The translations under genes were made by a program, and so were the position numbers. From Parcubacteria group bacterium Greene0416_36 (GTDB lineage: Bacteria > Patescibacteriota > Patescibacteriia > VMEV01), in contig VMEV01000007.1 in the NCBI GenBank assembly GCA_007375725.1, forward strand, positions 22,895 through 86,894: 64,000 nt of DNA, written 5' to 3'. The notes below the pieces were generated by a model. It did not search any database and was not told where the DNA came from. It was given only the letters and a program-made list of their open reading frames with translations. Positions within the stretch are counted from its first letter, which is position 1; each line of letters starts with the position of its first letter. Shown piece by piece: positions 9,391 through 17,767 of this stretch.

Positions 9391-9575
9391 TCCGCCTCAT
9401 GCCAAAGGCAGATGAGCCTCGGGCTCAAAAGGCACATCCGCCTTTGGCGTGAAAAGGGAGGGTTGCGTGCCGAGCCGTAGCCCCGCCTTTTTGCGGGGCG
9501 AAGGCTGGCTTGTCCCGCGTAGCTCATTTTAGAGCGAAGAGGGAGGGAGGATTTGTGGCTACGCCTATTTGATTT
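9391..9575. ncRNA. GC-rich structured element contiguous with hairpin copy A; candidate ncRNA of unknown class and orientation
   Basis: About 58% GC in an AT-rich genome. Nested inverted repeats (GCCAAAGGC...GCCTTTGGC, GAGCC-CGA-GGCTC, CCCCGC-CTTTTT-GCGGGG). Contains a motif resembling the tRNA trailers (CTTCGCTC...GAGCTACGCGGGACAAGCC on the minus strand). No ORF. Confidence 0.35.
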
Positions 9576-9578
9576 TTC

Positions 9579-9607
9579 ATAAAAAAAGCAGTATGATGCG
9601 AGATCTT
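9579..9607 (+). promoter_or_regulatory. sigma70-like promoter TTGATT-N17-TATGAT
   Basis: Hexamers at 9579-9584 and 9602-9607, 16 nt upstream of the 9624 start. Confidence 0.4.
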
Positions 9608-9623
9608 TAAAAATTGTGTTGAT

Positions 9624-10169
9624 ATGGTCAAAAATAAAAAAATAAAGTTAGAGGAGAAAGAAGAGGCTTATTGGTTCGTCATTGCTCTCGTCCTCGTTCT
9701 ACTGGGAATCGGAATAAATAAATTGTTTTTCATCCTGGTTTGCTACGGACTCTTTCTGGGATTATTGGGGCATCGACCCAAATATTTTATTTTTGGATCG
9801 GAATTACAAAGCGCGCCCATTGCCAGCGTGCTAGATTCTACAACCGCGGAGCCTATTCCACTGGCCATCGTGCGGATCTATAACCACGAAACCCAAAGGC
9901 TGGTGCTGACAAAAGTCACCAACTACGCAGGCTGTTTTGACTGCCTGATCCCTCCGGGAACCTATTCTCTGGAAGTGACCAAGGAAGGATATCAATTCCC
10001 CTCTTCGGGAAAAAAAGGATACAAGGGAGAATACATACAAGTAGAAAAAACAACACAATATTACCTCTTCCGCAAAAAGATTTTTTTGGATAAAATTCCA
10101 AAAATACAGGAAAACAATACGCAGGCTGTATTCACCCAAGTGCAAAAAACGAAACTCGAAAGTATTTAA
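9624..10169 (+). CDS. membrane protein with a carboxypeptidase-regulatory-like (Ig-like) domain
   Basis: 181 aa. Two TM helices, then VLDSTTAEPIPLAIVRIYNHETQRLVLTKVTNYAGCFDCLIPPGTYSLEVTKEGYQF, typical of CarboxypepD_reg-like folds. Confidence 0.5.
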   Translation: MVKNKKIKLEEKEEAYWFVIALVLVLLGIGINKLFFILVCYGLFLGLLGHRPKYFIFGSELQSAPIASVLDSTTAEPIPLAIVRIYNHETQRLVLTKVTNYAGCFDCLIPPGTYSLEVTKEGYQFPSSGKKGYKGEYIQVEKTTQYYLFRKKIFLDKIPKIQENNTQAVFTQVQKTKLESI

Positions 10170-10181
10170 TATACCAATCGC

Positions 10182-10421
10182 ATGCTGTCTAAATACGAAT
10201 ACAATCAATCCATACCGGCAAAAATTAACGGAATTACGGAAAAACATGCTAAGATCGAAATGGAAGATGGCCAATCCATTCTTTTGGATTTATCCAAAAT
10301 GCCAGAAAATATCAGAGATCAGGACCCCGTATACATAACCATACACAATCAAACGCAATCAGAAATACAGCAAAAAATCCTAGCCAAAAAAATTCTCAAT
10401 GAACTTTTATCAAAAAAATGA
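10182..10421 (+). CDS. small DUF3006-like protein
   Basis: 79 aa, AKINGITEKHAKIEMEDGQSILLDLSKMPENIRDQDPVYITIH. ATGA stop/start overlap with the VanW gene. Confidence 0.4.
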   Translation: MLSKYEYNQSIPAKINGITEKHAKIEMEDGQSILLDLSKMPENIRDQDPVYITIHNQTQSEIQQKILAKKILNELLSKK

Positions 10422-12295
10422 ACCCAATAATCATCAAAAGAGCTATTATTGTAACCATCAGCATTATCGCGATCGCGGCGATTTTTTTTATTGTCGACCG
10501 AAGTTTTGCCACTAAAATCTATCCCAATATAACTATTGGAGAAGTAGAAGTGGGCGGATTGTCGCGCGAAGAGGCGCTAGAAAAAATCAAACTGGCCCTC
10601 TCAAAACTCGACGGCCAAGGCATCGAATACCAATATCAAAATTTTTCCTATTTCGTGTCTCCGGTCATTATTTCTCCCTTTGACCCCGATGCAAGCTACC
10701 GAATTATCGATCCTAAATATGAATCCGCGGTCGAAACGGCTTTTCTAAAGGGGAAAAACGGATCCATACTGAGGCGCATCCTATCAATTGTCAGTATCAC
10801 GACTGCTGGAAGAAAAATCCCGCTTGAAGTAACTATCAATCGGGAAGAATTCAAAAATATTCTGACTTCGCAATTCTCTCGTTTTGAAAATCTATCGAAA
10901 AACGCATCATTTATCATTGATAACCAAGATCAAATTCAAATATTGCCAGAAAAATCAGGGCAAGAATTTGCTTATGAGGAAGCCATCGCACAGACCCAGA
11001 GAATGATAGAGGGAGTCCGGCTCGCACCTCTATCTTTGAGTTTGAATGAAAAAAACGCACAGCGCCAAACATCTTGGATAGAAAGCCAGAAAGGCACGAT
11101 CTCACAACTCATATCCGCCGCAAAAAACGGCTTCACATTACAATACGAAAACGAAGAATGGCTTCTGCCAAGCTCAAAAATCAAATCATGGATAGGAATC
11201 CTATCCCCAAAAGCCGGAGAATTCGCCATTGGAATTGACGCCGCAAAAACAATGGCTGAACTGGATAAAATCGCCAAAACCGTCGATGTGACGCCGCAAA
11301 ACGCAAAATTCGTCATGCAGGATAATAAAGTCAATTTATTCACCATGTCTCTTGCCGGAAAAAAAATCAATAAAGAACAAACCGCAATGGCGATAGAAAA
11401 AGCATTAAAAGAAGAACAAAATAAAACGACCTTGATTGTCGAAACTGTGGAGCCAGAAATAGGCACTGAGAATTCCAATTTGATGGGAATCAAAGAAACC
11501 ATCGGGATCGGCCGTTCCAATTTCAAAGGTAGCCCAAAAAATCGGCGGCACAATATTGCTGTAGGCGCGGCGGCCCTGCATGGGACTATTATTCAACCCA
11601 ATGAAGAATTTTCTTTGCTCAAGACCTTGGGAGATATCAATGGCACAACAGGATACAGAGAGGAACTGGTCATCAAAGGCAATAAAACCGTTCCTGAATT
11701 TGGCGGAGGACTCTGCCAAATCGGCACCACGACCTTTCGGGCGGCTCTTGCTTCCGGGCTGCCTATCACGGAAAGGCGCAATCACTCGTACCGAGTCTCT
11801 TACTATGAACCGGCCGGAACCGACGCAACCATCTATGAGAACAGTCCGGACTTCAAATTCACCAATGATACCGGCTCGCACATCCTGATTCAAACCTTTA
11901 TAAAAGGAGACGAAATCGCTTTCGAATTTTGGGGATCTCGAGACGGACGAAATGTCACTCAAACCCATCCGATTGTGTACAATATCAAACCCGCTCCTCC
12001 CGCAAAGCTCATCGAAACTGCAGATCTCAAGCCCGGAGAGAAAAAATGCACCGAGCGACCTCATGCCGGCGCGGACGCGAAATTTACTTATACCGTCGAC
12101 TATCCAAACGGAGAAAAAAAACAAACGGTTTTCAGGAGCCACTATATTCCCTGGCAGGAAGTGTGTCTGGTTGGCATTGATCCTAATAAACCGGTCGTAG
12201 ATCCTACGACACCCCCCACTCCCGCACCTTCACTATCACCTGAAGAAATCGAAGCAAAAAGGATTGATGAGTTGAGGGTAGGGTTTATACAGTAA
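10418..12295 (+). CDS. VanW family protein (membrane-anchored, peptidoglycan-associated)
   Basis: 625 aa with an N-terminal TM helix. VanW core PEFGGGLCQIGTTTFRAALASGLPITERRNHSYRVSYYEPAGTDATIY. Confidence 0.8.
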   Translation: MNPIIIKRAIIVTISIIAIAAIFFIVDRSFATKIYPNITIGEVEVGGLSREEALEKIKLALSKLDGQGIEYQYQNFSYFVSPVIISPFDPDASYRIIDPKYESAVETAFLKGKNGSILRRILSIVSITTAGRKIPLEVTINREEFKNILTSQFSRFENLSKNASFIIDNQDQIQILPEKSGQEFAYEEAIAQTQRMIEGVRLAPLSLSLNEKNAQRQTSWIESQKGTISQLISAAKNGFTLQYENEEWLLPSSKIKSWIGILSPKAGEFAIGIDAAKTMAELDKIAKTVDVTPQNAKFVMQDNKVNLFTMSLAGKKINKEQTAMAIEKALKEEQNKTTLIVETVEPEIGTENSNLMGIKETIGIGRSNFKGSPKNRRHNIAVGAAALHGTIIQPNEEFSLLKTLGDINGTTGYREELVIKGNKTVPEFGGGLCQIGTTTFRAALASGLPITERRNHSYRVSYYEPAGTDATIYENSPDFKFTNDTGSHILIQTFIKGDEIAFEFWGSRDGRNVTQTHPIVYNIKPAPPAKLIETADLKPGEKKCTERPHAGADAKFTYTVDYPNGEKKQTVFRSHYIPWQEVCLVGIDPNKPVVDPTTPPTPAPSLSPEEIEAKRIDELRVGFIQ

Positions 12296-12311
12296 ACAAC
12301 CCGCAAAAACA

Positions 12312-12350
12312 CTGTAAGGGCGTATTGCAATACACCCTTACAGTTTTTTG
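12312..12350. terminator. bidirectional rho-independent terminator of the GTAAGGGC family
   Basis: CTGTAAGGGCGTATTGCAATACACCCTTACAG flanked by an A-run and a T-run. Sits between the convergent VanW and nrnA genes. Confidence 0.7.
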
Positions 12351-12363
12351 CTCTAGCTTTTTT

Positions 12364-13344
12364 TTACACAACCAGCCACCCCTCCTTCGTCCTGACCAAT
12401 CGTCCCTCGATACTAAATCCCGAGGCTTTGGCATGACCGCCTCCGCCGAAATATTCGGCGATCCCAGAGACATCCATAGAGGGATCCGTGGTGCGGAAGC
12501 TCACCTTCACCTTGCCCCCATACAATTCGCGAAGTAGCATCACGAAACGAACTCCCGAGAGATTATTGAGAAAATTGATGATTCCGTCAGCGGCTTCCGA
12601 ATCCAGTTCTTTGTCCGAGAAATCTTCTTTTTTGATCACGGTCAAAGCTGAACCCAATCGCGGATTGAATTCCAGCCGCTCCATAACCTTGCCCCAAAAA
12701 CGCAAGGTGGGAATAGTCTTATTCTTCACGAGATTAGTGGTAATACGATTATAATGGGCGCCTTTGAGAAGAAGGGATGCCGAACTTTCCAGTGAGCCAA
12801 AGGTCGTGGCGGGATTGGTAAATCCGCCGGTATCCGTGACAATACCCGTAAGAAGACAAGTAGACATTTCCTTGGTCACGGGAATCGATAAGTCTTGAAA
12901 AAATTGATACAAAACCTGGGTGGTCGAAGACGCGGTGGAATCCACCAGCACCCAATCGCCAAACCGCGTATTGGTCGCGTGATGATCCATATTTACCAAG
13001 GTGGGCATTGGATAGGGCAAAGCCGCCAGATGATCTTCGACTCCCGCGTACTTGAGATCACTGGAGTCACACACAATAATCAAGTCAAATCGTTTCTCCG
13101 AAAACAAAACAGGATCCGCCGTGACCCTGTCGATGCCAGAGAGAAAATCGAATTGATTGCCATAAGGGGTTCTGCAAAAAATTTTATGCCTCTTGCCTTT
13201 GGATTCGAGGAAATGAGATAAAGCTAGTACCGACCCTAGAGCGTCTCCATCGGGCTTCTGGTGAGTCACCAGCAAAATATGAACGGCATTTTCAATAGCC
13301 GCGAGAATTTTGCGTTCCAGAAATAGTACATCCGAAGTGCTCAT
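12364..13344 (-). CDS. nrnA: DHH/DHHA1 phosphoesterase (NrnA-like oligoribonuclease / pAp phosphatase)
   Basis: ILLVTHQKPDGDALGS, VNMDHHATN (the DHH motif), and a C-terminal GGGH in the DHHA1 region. Start moved to the ATG at 13342-13344, because the longer listed ORF overlaps rbfA. Confidence 0.8.
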   Translation of the reverse strand: MSTSDVLFLERKILAAIENAVHILLVTHQKPDGDALGSVLALSHFLESKGKRHKIFCRTPYGNQFDFLSGIDRVTADPVLFSEKRFDLIIVCDSSDLKYAGVEDHLAALPYPMPTLVNMDHHATNTRFGDWVLVDSTASSTTQVLYQFFQDLSIPVTKEMSTCLLTGIVTDTGGFTNPATTFGSLESSASLLLKGAHYNRITTNLVKNKTIPTLRFWGKVMERLEFNPRLGSALTVIKKEDFSDKELDSEAADGIINFLNNLSGVRFVMLLRELYGGKVKVSFRTTDPSMDVSGIAEYFGGGGHAKASGFSIEGRLVRTKEGWLVV

Positions 13345-13351
13345 AAATGGA

Positions 13352-13684
13352 TTACGATTGAGGCTGCATGACCTCATTGATCAAGGTCTCTATGGGAACC
13401 GCCTCTTCCTCGGTTGAATCCAGCACGAATTTTAAATTAGGCACGAATTTCATTCTCAGTTTCGACCGCAGTTCACGGTGCAACATTTTCGCTTTGCGAT
13501 TGAGAAAGTCCAGAGTGGACATTTTTTTCACATAGGGAAAAACACTGACCAAAACCTTGCAGCGCTTGCAGTCCGGATCCACTGCGACGTCAACTATAGT
13601 CACCAGAACCCCGCGAGGCAATTCCAAATCATGAACCAGTCTGAATGAAAGCTCCTTTTGAATAAACCGCGAAATTTGACTCAT
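13352..13684 (-). CDS. rbfA: ribosome-binding factor A
   Basis: 110 aa. RbfA-like LVHDLELPRGVLVTIVDVAVDPDCKRCKVLV, and the canonical position downstream of infB. Confidence 0.8.
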   Translation of the reverse strand: MSQISRFIQKELSFRLVHDLELPRGVLVTIVDVAVDPDCKRCKVLVSVFPYVKKMSTLDFLNRKAKMLHRELRSKLRMKFVPNLKFVLDSTEEEAVPIETLINEVMQPQS

Positions 13685-13708
13685 TCGATTTTTAATATGA
13701 TTGATGAT

Positions 13709-15730
13709 TTATACTCGGATCTCATCCAATTTTCGTTTGATCTTTTCCTCCACATAAGCAACCACCTTATCGCCGGGTTTGACCGAGAGGCCCTCGGCGG
13801 AGAGAGCCAAACCGCATTCCTGACCCGAGCGAGCGGTTGTGATCTCGCGCTTGCCGGATTTCACATTGGTGATCTTGCCGGACCCGATAGCTTGGATGCC
13901 TCGCTCGATGTCAAAGGAATGATCCTTTTCGATGGATCCCTCTTCCACCATGCCGCCCAATACAACCAGTTTCGGCTCCTCTCGAAAGACAGCCAATACG
14001 TTGAGGCGTCCCATCACTTTTTTGCGGATGGCAGGAGGCAGTTTCTCTTCCATTTTGACGCGCAAACCTTCCAATAATTTAAAAATAATGTCGTGGTATT
14101 CCAAAACTACAGATTTATCGCGCGCAAGCGCGACTACCGATTGGGAAAGCGGCATTTTGAAAGAGATCACCACTCCGCCCGTGGCATCGCCGCGGAGAAC
14201 ATCGGCCTCAGTCACTGCTCCTAGGCCTTTGGCAACAATCTTGATCGGCACTTCGGGATGCTGAATTTTTTCAATGGATTCTTCAATCGCCTCCAAAGAC
14301 CCAAGCACATCGGCCCGTAAAATCAAATTGATGCGCTGTTTGTGAAGGGACTCATTCTCATCCTCTTCGCGATTGGATGTCACGATTGAAATCGCGCGGT
14401 CCCGAACCGGACCCGCTTTTTTGACCCTCTCCATATGGTGTGTTGTCTCCACGGACCCCACAACCACATCTCCCACGAGAGGCGCGGCTTTGAAGCCGAT
14501 CACCTTCACCGGCATGGAGGGCGTGGCCGACTCCACATCTTCCCCGTTCCAGTCCTTCATGGCGCGCACCTTGCCGTAGAGAATCCCATCAATAGCCAAA
14601 TAATCATTGACCGAAAGAGTTCCCACCTGCACGAGCACCGTGGCCACCGGCCCCAGATGTTTGTCAATATGAGATTCGATAATGGTTCCGGCCGCTTCCC
14701 GCTTGGCATTGACCCGATTTTCATCCTTATGGAGATCCGACACCAGAAGTGCCATATCCAAGAGATCATCGATGCCGACCCCGGTTTTAGCGGATACGGG
14801 CACGCAAATCGTCTTGCCTCCCCAGTCTTCGGGAACCAAGCCGTTATTGGACAAATCTTTTTTGACAATATCGAGATTGATTCCAGGCTTATCGATTTTA
14901 TTAATCGCAACTATCAATTCCAATCCAGAATCCTTAATGATTTTGATGGATTCGATGGTCTGAGGCTGAACACTGTCGTCGGCCGCCACCACCAGCACGC
15001 CAATATCCGCAATTCTAGCTCCACGAGATCTCATCGCGGTAAAAGCTTCGTGTCCAGGAGTATCGATAAAAGTAATTTTCTTGCGTTTCCTCGCCACTTG
15101 ATAGGCGCCGATATGCTGGGTGATCCCCCCGGACTCTGATTCCGCCACATGGCTCTTGCGGATCGCGTCGAGTAATGAGGTCTTTCCATGGTCCACGTGC
15201 CCCATGATGACGACGACCGGAGGACGCAAAACCAATCCCTTGGTTTTCCCCTGATCTTCTTCCAAAATCTGCTGAATTTTCGCTTTTCCCGAAACCTTCT
15301 CTTCCACCACGATATTGTCTTCCCTTTCGATTTCAATCCCCAAATACTGAGAAATAATCGAGCAGGTATCGAAATCAATTTGTTCATTGAGCGAGGCCAC
15401 GACTCCATTTTTCATGAGTTCACCGATCACCAGTGCCAAAGGAACGCCCAAAAGAGTCGCGAAATCGCGCACCGTCACTATGGCCGGCACTTTGACCTTT
15501 TTTCCGGCGGTTTCCTGTTTTTTCTGCGCCCGGAGTTTCTCGAGAGACTCTCGCTTTTCCCGGTCTTCCAGTTCTTTAAGAAGCCGTCTCCAAGAATACA
15601 AAACTTTCTGCGCCACCACCTGATCCACCTTGATCGCCTTCTGGCCCACATCAAAACCCATTTTGGGCAATTTGTCCTTCAGCTCAGCCAAACCCACATG
15701 CAGTTGGCGCGCCAATTCTGATAAGTTCAT
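13709..15730 (-). CDS. infB: translation initiation factor IF-2
   Basis: G domain GHVDHGKTSLLD, DTPGHEAF, NKIDK. Start set at MNLSELARQLHVG (ATG 15728-15730); the listed longer ORF would run through the upstream terminator hairpin. Confidence 0.9.
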   Translation of the reverse strand: MNLSELARQLHVGLAELKDKLPKMGFDVGQKAIKVDQVVAQKVLYSWRRLLKELEDREKRESLEKLRAQKKQETAGKKVKVPAIVTVRDFATLLGVPLALVIGELMKNGVVASLNEQIDFDTCSIISQYLGIEIEREDNIVVEEKVSGKAKIQQILEEDQGKTKGLVLRPPVVVIMGHVDHGKTSLLDAIRKSHVAESESGGITQHIGAYQVARKRKKITFIDTPGHEAFTAMRSRGARIADIGVLVVAADDSVQPQTIESIKIIKDSGLELIVAINKIDKPGINLDIVKKDLSNNGLVPEDWGGKTICVPVSAKTGVGIDDLLDMALLVSDLHKDENRVNAKREAAGTIIESHIDKHLGPVATVLVQVGTLSVNDYLAIDGILYGKVRAMKDWNGEDVESATPSMPVKVIGFKAAPLVGDVVVGSVETTHHMERVKKAGPVRDRAISIVTSNREEDENESLHKQRINLILRADVLGSLEAIEESIEKIQHPEVPIKIVAKGLGAVTEADVLRGDATGGVVISFKMPLSQSVVALARDKSVVLEYHDIIFKLLEGLRVKMEEKLPPAIRKKVMGRLNVLAVFREEPKLVVLGGMVEEGSIEKDHSFDIERGIQAIGSGKITNVKSGKREITTARSGQECGLALSAEGLSVKPGDKVVAYVEEKIKRKLDEIRV

Positions 15731-15790
15731 GACTTTGGTAAATAATAATAAATATTCCTTCAAATTAGTGGAAATTGGCGGAAAAGTCAA

Positions 15791-15822
15791 TAAAAAACAG
15801 AGACGAGACATCTCTGTTTTTT
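15791..15822 (-). terminator. rho-independent terminator after tRNA-Gly
   Basis: AACAGAGACGAGACATCTCTGTT hairpin with a T-run on the minus strand. Confidence 0.6.
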
Positions 15823-15916
15823 ATTTCCTCACAAGACAAGCCACGAAAGTTGTTCGAGGTGGGGCGTGCCCCGCGAAGCTTGCCTTATGAGCGCCAGCGA
15901 TGGCAGCGAAGTGGGG

Positions 15917-15987
15917 AGCGGGTAGTGGGAATCGAACCCACCACTCGTCCTTGGCAAGGACGCATTTTACCACTAAACCATACCCGC
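15917..15987 (-). tRNA. tRNA-Gly (anticodon GCC)
   Basis: Reverse complement GCGGGTATGGTTTAGTGGTAAAATGCGTCCTTGCCAAGGACGAGTGGTGGGTTCGATTCCCACTACCCGCT. 7-bp acceptor stem, anticodon loop TTGCCAA, T-loop TTCGATT, discriminator U. CCA is not encoded. Confidence 0.8.
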
Positions 15988-16123
15988 GTATGGAAAACAA
16001 AAATAATATAGCAGAAGGTTTTGGAGGAAACAAGGGGAAACAAAATAATTAAGAATGAAGAATTAAAAATGAAGAAAGTAACAACAGGTTGCTCATTCTT
16101 AATTATTAATTCTTCATTCTTAA

Positions 16124-16264
16124 TTATTTCTTCGCTTGTCTCTCGGCAAAATAGGCGGCGAATTCCTTTTTGCCCGACTCCACGGCGTAACGCTCTTTCT
16201 GGTACGATAGGGCGTATTTCGCTTTCTCCAGACCCCCCATAAGTTTATTGAATAGATTCATCAT
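16124..16264 (-). CDS. possible small protein (46 aa)
   Basis: Minus-strand ORF MMNLFNKLMGGLEKAKYALSYQKERYAVESGKKEFAAYFAERQAKK. It ends immediately before a perfect 19-bp inverted repeat, AATTAAGAATGAAGAATTA at about 16056-16074 and TAATTCTTCATTCTTAATT at about 16105-16123, spanning about 16056-16123. Below the 60-aa cut-off of the ORF track. Confidence 0.2.
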   Translation of the reverse strand: MMNLFNKLMGGLEKAKYALSYQKERYAVESGKKEFAAYFAERQAKK

Positions 16265-16470
16265 ATATTTGGCACAATCATGCCCTTTTAACTTCAGCAC
16301 CCTTTAAAATGCTTAAAGTATTGAATTATATACCTTTTTAAAAAAACTTACAAGGGTCGGGATTTTTAAACAAAAACACCGGCCCAACATAATATCGACC
16401 GATGTTTTTGTTTCCGAGTGCGTATCCCATCCCTAGGTAATCCAAGAGATGCCTGCACCGCGAAGCTCCT

Positions 16471-16498
16471 TTTTGTCCCGCTTTCTAGCGGGACAAAA
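16471..16498 (-). terminator. rho-independent terminator after tRNA-Leu
   Basis: TTTTGTCCCGCTTTCTAGCGGGACAAAA perfect hairpin with flanking T and A runs. Confidence 0.65.
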
Positions 16499-16510
16499 AG
16501 AGCGAAGGGG

Positions 16511-16595
16511 TGCTGACGGTCGGAATCGAACCGACACGGCTGTTAAGGCCACGAGATTTTAAGTCTCGCGTGTCTACCAGTTCCACCACGCCAGC
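16511..16595 (-). tRNA. tRNA-Leu (anticodon TAA), long variable arm
   Basis: Reverse complement GCTGGCGTGGTGGAACTGGTAGACACGCGAGACTTAAAATCTCGTGGCCTTAACAGCCGTGTCGGTTCGATTCCGACCGTCAGCA. Anticodon loop CTTAAAA. CCA is not encoded. Confidence 0.8.
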
Positions 16596-16690
16596 CTAAA
16601 TAATGTCATAATCGCAAAGCGATTTGACATTATTTGCGTCGAAGCCCCCCAAAGGGCGAGACGTCATGTCAGATCCGCATTCGCAATTAC

Positions 16691-16731
16691 ACGTCTCTAA
16701 ATTATCAATAATATTAGGCATTTGCAACTCA
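16691..16731. repeat. 41-bp direct repeat, DR1 (ACGTCTCTAAATTATCAATAATATTAGGCATTTGCAACTCA). On the minus strand it is a promoter-like TTGCAA-N17-TAATTT about 95 nt upstream of tRNA-Leu
   Basis: Identical, apart from one G/A difference, to 17559..17599. Confidence 0.8.
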
Positions 16732-16839
16732 AATATTACCTTAATTGATCTAAAGATATAGCCTTATAAATCCCCCTCTTCATTTTTTTCGACTCTAAAT
16801 TGGCAGGTTCTTGCAATGTTTTTATACTAGAATTACTAA

Positions 16840-17558
16840 TTAAGGCACGCGAATCAATTCAGCATTCATACTTTCCAGATTTGCCAGACATACGAGCTGA
16901 GTTACATCTGAATAATCACGAATATTTCCATCGAGATGTGGATTTTTATCTCGCCATTCTTTGGCTGTCATACCGAATAATGACATATTCAAAATATCCG
17001 CTTCGCTCGCATAAACAATTGCAGATTGAGCTTTGGATATTTGATCTGGAAGAATATGACTTTTGATGGCATCCCTATGGATACGGTAGTTGATTTTTGT
17101 AGTATTCTTTTCGTATCCCAACCAAGCATCAATTTCTCATTCTCTTCTACTTTCAAACGTTGAAATTCTTTGATGAGATAAAGTTTAAATTCAGCACTAA
17201 TCCAGCTTGTAAATTTAAATGCAATATCTTTATGAGCAAAAGTGCCTCCGTTATAACGACCCGCCTTCGTTTTTAAGCCAATGGATTTAGTGGATTCAAC
17301 CCATCTTTTGGGAGTAAGAGAAAAACTATTACTGCCAGATTCATTTTTAAACCCATCGAATTCGATGGAATTAAAATCTGGATTATTTATTTTTTCCCAA
17401 AGTCCTAAAAATTCTATCGTGCTACGATTTCTCATCCAATTCTGAAGAATGTAATCACTTCTATCTTTATATCTTGCAATATCAGTCAAGGAAATATAGT
17501 CATTTTCGTTTACTTGAAAAAGACGAACTTGAATGTCTTTGGTGATTATTTTTTTTCA
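16840..17558 (-). pseudogene. KilA-N domain protein (Bacteroides/phage-type KilA-N plus C-terminal domain), interrupted by a -1 frameshift in an A5/T5 run at 17094-17098
   Basis: The ATG at 17556-17558 gives MKKNNHQRHSSSSFQVNENDYISLTDIARYKDRSDYILQNWMRNRSTIEFLGLWEKINNPDFNSIEF...SAEFKLYLIKEFQRLK (KilA-N). The conserved C-terminal part TKINYRIHRDAIKSHILPDQ...ADILNMSLFGMTAKEWRDKNP continues in the -1 frame (ORF 16840..17121). Adding one A would restore ILQKINYRIH. Confidence 0.6.
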
Positions 17559-17599
17559 TACGTCTCTAAATTATCAATAATATTAGGCATTTACAACTC
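17559..17599. repeat. 41-bp direct repeat, DR2; its promoter-like -10 TAATTT ends 8 nt before the KilA-N ATG, suggesting a leaderless transcript
   Basis: Matches 16691..16731 and abuts the KilA-N start codon. Confidence 0.8.
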
Positions 17600-17724
17600 A
17601 CCTCTTGACAGATGACCACAAGCATTCACAAACAGAAATACTCCTCCTATATATTAGGAGTGTCTCACGAAGACAGACATCTATTCATCAGCTTCACTAT
17701 CAGAAATAAAAAAATACCTCAACA

Positions 17725-17766
17725 AAAAAGGTAGGGACGTTGCATGCAACGTCCCTACCTTTTTTG
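17725..17766. terminator. bidirectional terminator of the GTAAGGGC family (GGTAGGGACGTTGCATGCAACGTCCCTACC)
   Basis: Perfect 30-nt palindrome flanked by A6 and T6. Just downstream of the stop of 17768..18874. Confidence 0.7.
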
Positions 17767-17767
17767 T

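Noticed and set aside
13932-15721. Several ORFs of 60-230 aa on the plus strand inside infB (13932..14264, 14435..15139, 15188..15721 and others)
   Set aside because: They are antisense to the strongly conserved IF-2 coding sequence and have low-complexity or His/Arg-rich translations. Shadow ORFs.
16021-16242. 73-aa plus-strand ORF next to tRNA-Gly
   Set aside because: Low-complexity translation overlapping a perfect 19-bp inverted repeat. The minus-strand 46-aa ORF is the more plausible candidate, and it is itself weak.
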